A DNA stretch of 64,000 nucleotides. It comes from Lepidodermella squamata (lineage: Eukaryota; Animalia; Gastrotricha). The stretch covers positions 5,084,001-5,148,000 of the forward strand of contig JBLDXI010000024.1 in the NCBI GenBank assembly GCA_047495785.1, in the 5' to 3' direction. The notes below the pieces were generated by a model, which had not been told where the DNA came from, searched no databases, and saw only the letters and a list, made by a program, of their open reading frames with translations. Below are positions 1 to 6,572 of this stretch, piece after piece (position 1 is the stretch's first letter; each line of letters begins with the position of its first letter). The position numbers and the translations under genes were made by a program.

Positions 1-28
1 GTCTCGGGTTCAATCCCCGATGCCTCCA
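1..28 (+). tRNA. tRNA-Ala(CGC), 3' part only (window edge)
   Basis: GTCTCGGGTTCAATCCCCGATGCCTCCA is identical to the 3' end of the copy at 853-924. Confidence 0.85.
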
Positions 29-115
29 GTTGGCAATTTTTTCGCGTAACCTCTCGAAGATTAGTTGCTATATCGGTGAAAGTGACCAGAAATTACGCTA
101 AAAATGTGAAAATAG

Positions 116-199
116 TGTCAGAAGTGGGGTTCGAACCCACGCCAGTAGAAACTGACTGCGACCTGAACGCAGCGCCTTGGACCGCTCGGCCATCCTGAC
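116..199 (-). tRNA. tRNA-Leu(CAG), chimeric form carrying the Leu-CAA 3' end and flank
   Basis: Reverse complement is GTCAGGATGGCCGAGCGGTCCAAGGCGCTGCG-TTCAGGT-CGCAG, long variable arm, GTGGGTTCGAACCCCACTTCTGACA. The same chimeric form is at 1012, 11925, 12821, 13717, 19457, 23698, 24594, 28835. Confidence 0.96.
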
Positions 200-368
200 G
201 AGATGGTGGAATAGATTGCTGATATCCTGCAGACGGCATTTTGCAAAGCTAAGATATCGCAGAGCAAGTACAGCAAACAGCAAAGTCGTATAACTGTTGC
301 CAATATAAAACTAGCCAGCTACGCCGATCGGGGTGTATCGTTTCTTAAACTGCTGAAGAAGCACTCAA

Positions 369-450
369 GTCGCTATGCCCGAGTGGTTAAGGGGTCTGAC
401 TAGAAATCAGATGCGGTCTCCGCGCGTAGGTTCAAATCCTACTGGCGACG
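369..450 (+). tRNA. tRNA-Ser(AGA)
   Basis: Acceptor stem GTCGCTA/TGGCGAC, G73, anticodon arm TCTGA-CTAGAAA-TCAGA, long variable arm, downstream T5. 22 copies, each 253 bp right of a Leu-CAG left end (e.g. 1265, 4601). Confidence 0.97.
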
Positions 451-525
451 ACAGTTATTTTTGCATTATAACGACTGAAACTCAGTTCTGCAGTTAGCCT
501 CCAGAACAGTCCTCGCTTTCATCAG

Positions 526-597
526 GCGTCAGTGGTGTAACGGTCAGCATGGTTGCCTTCCAAGCAGCCGATCCGGGTTCGACTCCCGGCTGACGCA
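526..597 (+). tRNA. tRNA-Gly(TCC)
   Basis: Acceptor GCGTCAG/CTGACGC, anticodon arm GTTGC-CTTCCAA-GCAGC, GGTTCGACTCC B box, T5 at 602-606. 25 copies including three junction variants. Confidence 0.97.
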
Positions 598-676
598 CAC
601 GTTTTTAGCTCACACGTTTGAAAGCAATTGCTAGTGACGAGATTAAAGCTGTCCTTCCCAAAACCAGCGTTCGAGA

Positions 677-748
677 GGTCCCATGGTGTAGCGGTTAGCA
701 CTCTGGACTCTGAATCCAGCGACTCGAGTTCGATTCTCGATGGGACCT
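677..748 (+). tRNA. tRNA-Gln(CTG)
   Basis: Acceptor GGTCCCA/TGGGACC, anticodon arm CTGGA-CTCTGAA-TCCAG, T6 downstream. 25 copies. Confidence 0.97.
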
Positions 749-852
749 TGATACGTTTTTTCAAACAAACTTTCAGCTCACTCACTCTCAGCTGATGGAA
801 ACTTGCGATCGCAATATTTGTTACCATTCAAACCTTTTCTTTCACTAGCCTA

Positions 853-924
853 GGGGGCATAGCTCAGTGGTAGAGCGTCTCATTCGCATTGTGAAGGTCT
901 CGGGTTCAATCCCCGATGCCTCCA
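853..924 (+). tRNA. tRNA-Ala(CGC)
   Basis: Acceptor GGGGGCA/TGCCTCC with G3:U70 and A73 (Ala identity). Anticodon arm TCTCA-TTCGCAT-TGTGA has one U-U mismatch. 25 full copies. Confidence 0.9.
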
Positions 925-1011
925 GTTGGCAATTTATTCGCGTAACCTCTCGAAGATTAGTTGCTATATCGGTGAAAGTGACCAGAAATTACGCTAAAAA
1001 TGTGAAAATAG

Positions 1012-1095
1012 TGTCAGAAGTGGGGTTCGAACCCACGCCAGTAGAAACTGACTGCGACCTGAACGCAGCGCCTTGGACCGCTCGGCCATCCTGAC
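1012..1095 (-). tRNA. tRNA-Leu(CAG), chimeric form
   Basis: Identical to 116-199, offset 896. Confidence 0.95.
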
Positions 1096-1264
1096 GAGAT
1101 GGTGGAATAGATTGCTGATATCCTGCAGACGGCATTTTGCAAAGCTAAGATATCGCAGAGCAAGTACAGCAAACAGCAAAGTCGTATAACTGTTGCCAAT
1201 ATAAAACTAGCCAGCTACGCCGATCGGGGTGTATCGTTTCTTAAACTGCTGAAGAAGCACTCAA

Positions 1265-1346
1265 GTCGCTATGCCCGAGTGGTTAAGGGGTCTGACTAGA
1301 AATCAGATGCGGTCTCCGCGCGTAGGTTCAAATCCTACTGGCGACG
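1265..1346 (+). tRNA. tRNA-Ser(AGA)
   Basis: Identical to 369-450, offset 896. Confidence 0.96.
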
Positions 1347-1421
1347 ACAGTTATTTTTGCATTATAACGACTGAAACTCAGTTCTGCAGTTAGCCTCCAG
1401 AACAGTCCTCGCTTTCATCAG

Positions 1422-1493
1422 GCGTCAGTGGTGTAACGGTCAGCATGGTTGCCTTCCAAGCAGCCGATCCGGGTTCGACTCCCGGCTGACGCA
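1422..1493 (+). tRNA. tRNA-Gly(TCC)
   Basis: Identical to 526-597, offset 896. Confidence 0.96.
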
Positions 1494-1572
1494 CACGTTT
1501 TTAGCTCACACGTTTGAAAGCAATTGCTAGTGACGAGATTAAAGCTGTCCTTCCCAAAACCAGCGTTCGAGA

Positions 1573-1644
1573 GGTCCCATGGTGTAGCGGTTAGCACTCT
1601 GGACTCTGAATCCAGCGACTCGAGTTCGATTCTCGATGGGACCT
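1573..1644 (+). tRNA. tRNA-Gln(CTG)
   Basis: Identical to 677-748, offset 896. Confidence 0.96.
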
Positions 1645-1748
1645 TGATACGTTTTTTCAAACAAACTTTCAGCTCACTCACTCTCAGCTGATGGAAACTT
1701 GCGATCGCAATATTTGTTACCATTCAAACCTTTTCTTTCACTAGCCTA

Positions 1749-1820
1749 GGGGGCATAGCTCAGTGGTAGAGCGTCTCATTCGCATTGTGAAGGTCTCGGG
1801 TTCAATCCCCGATGCCTCCA
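1749..1820 (+). tRNA. tRNA-Ala(CGC)
   Basis: Identical to 853-924, offset 896; followed by an intact T6. Confidence 0.9.
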
Positions 1821-1828
1821 GTTGGCAA

Positions 1829-1834
1829 TTTTTT
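1829..1834 (+). terminator. Pol III oligo-dT terminator of Ala-CGC (representative)
   Basis: T6 lies 8 nt after the discriminator base. Every one of the 20 loci has a T4-T6 run on its own strand within about 20 nt of the 3' end. Confidence 0.8.
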
Positions 1835-1907
1835 CGCGTAACCTCTCGAAGATTAGTTGCTATATCGGTGAAAGTGACCAGAAATTACGCTAAAAATGTG
1901 AAAATAG

Positions 1908-1991
1908 TGTCAGAAGTGGGGTTCGAACCCACGCCCTCTTTCGAGGACCAGATCTTGAGTCTGGCGCCTTAGACCGCTCGGCCATCCTGAC
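1908..1991 (-). tRNA. tRNA-Leu(CAA), intronless
   Basis: Reverse complement is GTCAGGATGGCCGAGCGGTCTAAGGCG-CCAGA-CTCAAGA-TCTGG-TCCTCGAAAGAGGGC-GTGGGTTCGAACCCCACTTCTGACA. 18 copies. Confidence 0.97.
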
Positions 1992-2083
1992 CAGATGTAG
2001 CTACTCTGGGAAATTGTTGTAATCCATCCGAAAATATGAGAAATTTGGCCGTTTAAAGGGCGAGCGCATTGCATTGCCGCATC

Positions 2084-2156
2084 TATCGATAGGCGAAATG
2101 GCTATCGCGTCGGACTTCGGATCCGAAGATTGTGGGTTCGAGTCCCATCAGCGTCG
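2084..2156 (+). pseudogene. tRNA-Arg(TCG) pseudogene; 5' acceptor strand and U8 lost
   Basis: The D arm, anticodon arm TCGGA-CTTCGGA-TCCGA and T arm are present. Positions 1-8 read TATCGATA instead of GGCGCTGT and cannot pair with CAGCGTC. This allele is in 15 of 18 units. Confidence 0.9.
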
Positions 2157-2246
2157 GCTCTATTTTTGCTGGCCTTTTCTTTCGGCTGAGCTGTTATCAT
2201 AGCAACAGAATTATCACTTGTCAAGCTGTCAAGAATAATCACAAGG

Positions 2247-2319
2247 GCCTTCCTAGCTCAGTCGGTAGAGCATGTGACTTTTAATCACAGGGTCGGGGGT
2301 TCGAGTCCCCCGGAGGGCG
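2247..2319 (+). tRNA. tRNA-Lys(TTT)
   Basis: Acceptor GCCTTCC/GGAGGGC, TAGCTCAGTCGGTAGAGC D arm, TGTGA-CTTTTAA-TCACA. 18 copies. Confidence 0.97.
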
Positions 2320-2386
2320 CAATATTTTTACCCAGGGTAACATGTTTATGGCATCGACCGGCTGCTAAGAAGACGAAGATCTCGAA

Positions 2387-2459
2387 GGGGGATTAGCTCA
2401 AATGGTAGAGCGCTCGCTTAGCATGCGAGAGGTAACGGGATCGACGCCCGTATCCTCCA
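2387..2459 (+). tRNA. tRNA-Ala(AGC)
   Basis: GGGGGAT/ATCCTCC with G3:U70, CTCGC-TTAGCAT-GCGAG, and an A54-type T loop (ATCGACG) as in animal Ala-AGC. 18 copies. Confidence 0.97.
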
Positions 2460-2532
2460 TATACTTTTTTCGGCAAGATAAAAAAGGCTGAAATGAGGAG
2501 ACTGCGCTTGCGAAAATAAAGCAGTCAACCGC

Positions 2533-2604
2533 GGCTCAGTAGCTTAGTGGTAGAGCGTCTGCCTAGTAAGATGAAGATCGAGGGTTCGATCCCCCCCTGA
2601 GCCT
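2533..2604 (+). tRNA. tRNA-Thr(AGT), allele with disrupted anticodon stem (possible pseudogene)
   Basis: Acceptor GGCTCAG/CTGAGCC, loop CTAGTAA. Stem TCTGC/GATGA has two adjacent mismatches. Same allele at 5869, 9214, 18583, 20978, 30356, 33691, 37036, 49198. Confidence 0.85.
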
Positions 2605-2694
2605 GGTCTTGACACTTTTTGCAGCATTCGGAGGTCTTCCGTCCCTTTTATATAGCCATTTCATTCAGGATCAAAATTGGAAAGGCTAAAAGTG

Positions 2695-2766
2695 TTCCCT
2701 GACCGGGAATCGAACCCGGGCCGCCGCGGTGAAAGCGCGGAATCCTAACCACTAGACCATCAGGGA
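2695..2766 (-). tRNA. tRNA-Glu(TTC)
   Basis: Reverse complement is TCCCTGATGGTCTAGTGGTTAGGATT-CCGCG-CTTTCAC-CGCGG-CGGCCCGGGTTCGATTCCCGGTCAGGGAA. 18 copies. Confidence 0.97.
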
Positions 2767-2857
2767 GGTGCAAAATCCCTGTTGTATGCGTAAACTGTGA
2801 AGAACTCAAATTATCAACGTCATCGCACCTTCAGCAACTCTGTGCAAAAAATAGAAT

Positions 2858-2929
2858 GGGCCCGTTCGGGAATTGAACCCGAGACCTCTCGCACCCGAAG
2901 CGAGAATCATACCCCTAGACCAACGGGCC
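2858..2929 (-). tRNA. tRNA-Pro(CGG)
   Basis: Reverse complement is GGCCCGTTGGTCTAGGGGTATGATT-CTCGC-TTCGGGT-GCGAG-AGGTCTCGGGTTCAATTCCCGAACGGGCCC. 18 copies. Confidence 0.97.
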
Positions 2930-3009
2930 AACCTGACTTTACCCAATTGGCAACTGGCAACCAAAGACTTTATTAGAACGTCTCCAGCGTTTATGCAAAA
3001 CATGCGATA

Positions 3010-3082
3010 CGCCGAGACCCGGGATCGAACCAGGGACCTTTAGATCTTCAGTCTAACGCTCTCCCAACTGAGCTATCTCGGC
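3010..3082 (-). tRNA. tRNA-Phe(GAA)
   Basis: Reverse complement is GCCGAGATAGCTCAGTTGGGAGAGCG-TTAGA-CTGAAGA-TCTAA-AGGTCCCTGGTTCGATCCCGGGTCTCGGCG. 18 copies, one with an internal deletion. Confidence 0.96.
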
Positions 3083-3170
3083 TGTTATTTACAGCAGTGC
3101 TAAAGTCGAAGCTTAACTTGTAGCTTAGCTAGGGAGCTCAATGCAGACTTTGGCAGCAAATAAAAAACTG

Positions 3171-3187
3171 CGCTCCTGGGTGGGCTC

Positions 3188-3227
<40 letters not shown>

Positions 3228-3244
3228 AATTGCGCCACAGAAGC
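3171..3244 (-). tRNA. tRNA-Asn(GTT)
   Basis: Reverse complement is GCTTCTGTGGCGCAATTGGTTAGCGCG-TTCGG-CTGTTAA-CCGAA-AGGTTGGTGGTTCGAGCCCACCCAGGAGCG. 18 copies. Confidence 0.97.
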
Positions 3245-3427
3245 TGGCTAATCGCAGACTCGGCATCACCACTCAGCAATATGTAGCTTTTAACGCGAGC
3301 GTTGCCATGATCACGTTGTTGCCGTTACAGTTTGGCTGTAGCCGAGGTTAGATCGGCCTTCGCATAGAATATAAACAGAGCTGAACTGTCCTTCATCAAT
3401 GATCCTCAGCCGCTTTAGCTCTGCCAA

Positions 3428-3513
3428 CCCGCGATAGCTCAGCTGGTAGAGCGGAGGACTGTAGATGCAACGCAGCTATCCTTAGGTCGGTGGTTCAAGT
3501 CCGCCTCGCGGGA
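3428..3513 (+). tRNA. tRNA-Tyr(GTA) with 13-nt intron (3465-3477)
   Basis: CCCGCGA/TCGCGGG acceptor with the eukaryotic C1:G72 pair. GAGGACTGTAG[ATGCAACGCAGCT]ATCCTT places the intron at the canonical 37/38 site; spliced length 73 nt. 17 copies. Confidence 0.96.
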
Positions 3514-3590
3514 TTGCATGGTTTTTCACTTTCGTTGGGTAGCAGCTTTTCATTCGTTCGTCAGTAAAAATGCGCTGATAGATGTGCAAA

Positions 3591-3662
3591 GGCCCGTTGG
3601 TCTAGGGGTATGATTCTCGCTTTGGGTGCGAGAGGTCTCGGGTTCAAATCCCGGACGGGCCC
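3591..3662 (+). tRNA. tRNA-Pro(TGG)
   Basis: GGCCCGT/ACGGGCC, CTCGC-TTTGGGT-GCGAG, T5 downstream. 17 copies. Confidence 0.97.
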
Positions 3663-3746
3663 AAGCTTTTTGAGCTAATAGCTGAAGCGGCAGCATTACA
3701 AAAGGTGTTTGCCATAACCTTGAGCGCATGTAATGTTATCACAGCG

Positions 3747-3817
3747 GCATCGGTGGTTCAGTGGTAGAATTCTCGCCTGCCACGCGGGAGGCCCGGGTTC
3801 GATTCCCGGCCGATGCA
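3747..3817 (+). tRNA. tRNA-Gly(GCC)
   Basis: GCATCGG/CCGATGC, CTCGC-CTGCCAC-GCGGG, 71 nt, T6 downstream. 17 copies. Confidence 0.97.
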
Positions 3818-3913
3818 AGCGACCCTGTTTTTTCATATCAGCTTCGATGTGCATCAGGCAAATTATGAGCGCAGCAAAATCAAAAGCACTGACAATTCAA
3901 GACGCTACAGTCA

Positions 3914-3985
3914 TCCTTGGTAGTATAGTGGTTAGTATCCCCGCCTGTCACGCGGGAGACCAGGGTTCGATTCCCTGCCAAGGAG
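3914..3985 (+). tRNA. tRNA-Asp(GTC)
   Basis: TCCTTGG/CCAAGGA, G73, CCCGC-CTGTCAC-GCGGG. 16 full copies plus a 5' fragment at the right window edge. Confidence 0.97.
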
Positions 3986-4055
3986 TCAGCTTTTTTAGTT
4001 GCGGCGCATATATTTCGAGCCAATTTTTTGAGAAAATTGCTAAAAAGTTGATTGC

Positions 4056-4128
4056 CGCCCGATGTGGGGCTCGAACCCACGACCCTGGGATTAAGAGTCC
4101 CATGCTCTACCGACTGAGCTAACCGGGC
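4056..4128 (-). tRNA. tRNA-Lys(CTT)
   Basis: Reverse complement is GCCCGGTTAGCTCAGTCGGTAGAGCA-TGGGA-CTCTTAA-TCCCA-GGGTCGTGGGTTCGAGCCCCACATCGGGCG. 16 copies. Confidence 0.97.
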
Positions 4129-4207
4129 TGAGGCGCTATCAATTGCCTAAGCCGACAATTATGAAGCAGTTGACTGCTGGCGAATGTTGACTGCCATCAA
4201 AAATACT

Positions 4208-4280
4208 CGAGGCTGCCAGGAGTCGAACCTGGAATCTTCTGATCCGTAGTCAGACGCGTTGTCCATTGCGCCACAACCCC
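4208..4280 (-). tRNA. tRNA-Arg(ACG)
   Basis: Reverse complement is GGGGTTGTGGCGCAATGGACAACGCG-TCTGA-CTACGGA-TCAGA-AGATTCCAGGTTCGACTCCTGGCAGCCTCG. 16 copies. Confidence 0.97.
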
Positions 4281-4347
4281 ATTCGGTCGAAAGAAGGCTT
4301 GCAAGCGCTAATTAGCAGGCAGGAATGGGACTGAAGTGAAAAATGCA

Positions 4348-4431
4348 TGTCAGAAGTGGGATTCGAACCCACGCCAGTAGAAACTGACTGCGACCTGAAC
4401 GCAGCGCCTTGGACCGCTCGGCCATCCTGAC
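4348..4431 (-). tRNA. tRNA-Leu(CAG), native form
   Basis: Same body as 116-199 but with T loop TTCGAAT and its own 3' flank (GTGAAAAATGCA on +). Native-flank copies at 7693, 11029, 17062, 22802, 27939, 32171, 35515, 38860, 51022, 54375, 57724, 61069. Confidence 0.97.
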
Positions 4432-6532
4432 GAGATGGTGGAATAGATTGCTGATATCCTGCAGACGGCATTTTGCAAAGCTAAGATATCGCAGAGCAAG
4501 TACAGCAAACAGCAAAGTCGTATAACTGTTGCCAATATAAAACTAGCCAGCTACGCCGATCGGGGTGTATCGTTTCTTAAACTGCTGAAGAAGCACTCAA
4601 GTCGCTATGCCCGAGTGGTTAAGGGGTCTGACTAGAAATCAGATGCGGTCTCCGCGCGTAGGTTCAAATCCTACTGGCGACGACAGTTATTTTTGCATTA
4701 TAACGACTGAAACTCAGTTCTGCAGTTAGCCTCCAGAACAGTCCTCGCTTTCATCAGGCGTCAGTGGTGTAACGGTCAGCATGGTTGCCTTCCAAGCAGC
4801 CGATCCGGGTTCGACTCCCGGCTGACGCACACGTTTTTAGCTCACACGTTTGAAAGCAATTGCTAGTGACGAGATTAAAGCTGTCCTTCCCAAAACCAGC
4901 GTTCGAGAGGTCCCATGGTGTAGCGGTTAGCACTCTGGACTCTGAATCCAGCGACTCGAGTTCGATTCTCGATGGGACCTTGATACGTTTTTTCAAACAA
5001 ACTTTCAGCTCACTCACTCTCAGCTGATGGAAACTTGCGATCGCAATATTTGTTACCATTCAAACCTTTTCTTTCACTAGCCTAGGGGGCATAGCTCAGT
5101 GGTAGAGCGTCTCATTCGCATTGTGAAGGTCTCGGGTTCAATCCCCGATGCCTCCAGTTGGCAATTTTTTCGCGTAACCTCTCGAAGATTAGTTGCTATA
5201 TCGGTGAAAGTGACCAGAAATTACGCTAAAAATGTGAAAATAGTGTCAGAAGTGGGGTTCGAACCCACGCCCTCTTTCGAGGACCAGATCTTGAGTCTGG
5301 CGCCTTAGACCGCTCGGCCATCCTGACCAGATGTAGCTACTCTGGGAAATTGTTGTAATCCATCCGAAAATATGAGAACTTTGGCCGTTTAAAGGGCGAG
5401 CGCATTGCATTGCCGCATCTATCGATAGGCGAAATGGCTATCGCGTCGGACTTCGGATCCGAAGATTGTGGGTTCGAGTCCCATCAGCGTCGGCTCTATT
5501 TTTGCTGGCCTTTTCTTTCGGCTGAGCTGTTATCATAGCAACAGAATTATCACTTGTCAAGCTGTCAAGAATAATCACAAGGGCCTTCCTAGCTCAGTCG
5601 GTAGAGCATGTGACTTTTAATCACAGGGTCGGGGGTTCGAGTCCCCCGGAGGGCGCAATATTTTTACCCAGGGTAACATGTTTATGGCATCGACCGGCTG
5701 CTAAGAAGACGAAGATCTCGAAGGGGGATTAGCTCAAATGGTAGAGCGCTCGCTTAGCATGCGAGAGGTAACGGGATCGACGCCCGTATCCTCCATATAC
5801 TTTTTTCGGCAAGATAAAAAAGGCTGAAATGAGGAGACTGCGCTTGCGAAAATAAAGCAGTCAACCGCGGCTCAGTAGCTTAGTGGTAGAGCGTCTGCCT
5901 AGTAAGATGAAGATCGAGGGTTCGATCCCCCCCTGAGCCTGGTCTTGACACTTTTTGCAGCATTCGGAGGTCTTCCGTCCCTTTTATATAGCCATTTCAT
6001 TCAGGATCAAAATTGGAAAGGCTAAAAGTGTTCCCTGACCGGGAATCGAACCCGGGCCGCCGCGGTGAAAGCGCGGAATCCTAACCACTAGACCATCAGG
6101 GAGGTGCAAAATCCCTGTTGTATGCGTAAACTGTGAAGAACTCAAATTATCAACGTCATCGCACCTTCAGCAACTCTGTGCAAAAAATAGAATGGGCCCG
6201 TTCGGGAATTGAACCCGAGACCTCTCGCACCCGAAGCGAGAATCATACCCCTAGACCAACGGGCCAACCTGACTTTACCCAATTGGCAACTGGCAACCAA
6301 AGACTTTATTAGAACGTCTCCAGCGTTTATGCAAAACATGCGATACGCCGAGACCCGGGATCGAACCAGGGACCTTTAGATCTTCAGTCTAACGCTCTCC
6401 CAACTGAGCTATCTCGGCTGTTATTTACAGCAGTGCTAAAGTCGAAGCTTAACTTGTAGCTTAGCTAGGGAGCTCAATGCAGGCTGCTATGACTTTGGCA
6501 GCAAATAAAAAACTGCGCTCCTGGGTGGGCTC

Positions 6533-6572
<40 letters not shown>

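Larger units (their letters stand above)
116..1011. repeat. 896-bp five-tRNA sub-unit (Leu-CAG, Ser-AGA, Gly-TCC, Gln-CTG, Ala-CGC)
   Basis: Exact 896-bp period; the end of a preceding sub-unit occupies 1-115. Confidence 0.95.

Noticed and set aside
200-368. Hidden 21st tRNA, 5S, U6 or SL RNA in the long spacers (also 3245-3427)
   Set aside because: No cloverleaf, GTTCRA B box or recognisable snRNA/5S motif on either strand. The extra length is explained by two head-to-head upstream regions. An Rfam cmscan would settle it.
395-411. Possible amber suppressor (CTA) in the Ser or Thr anticodon loops
   Set aside because: In the 7-nt loops CTAGAAA and CTAGTAA the anticodon is positions 3-5, giving AGA and AGT. 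I found no CTA, TTA or TCA anticodon and no anticodon switch in the copies I read.
2695-2766. Glu-TTC whose body resembles the animal Glu-CTC type (possible anticodon shift)
   Set aside because: It would be a synonymous shift, similar Glu-TTC bodies exist in other animals, and it cannot be polarised without this genome's Glu-CTC sequence.
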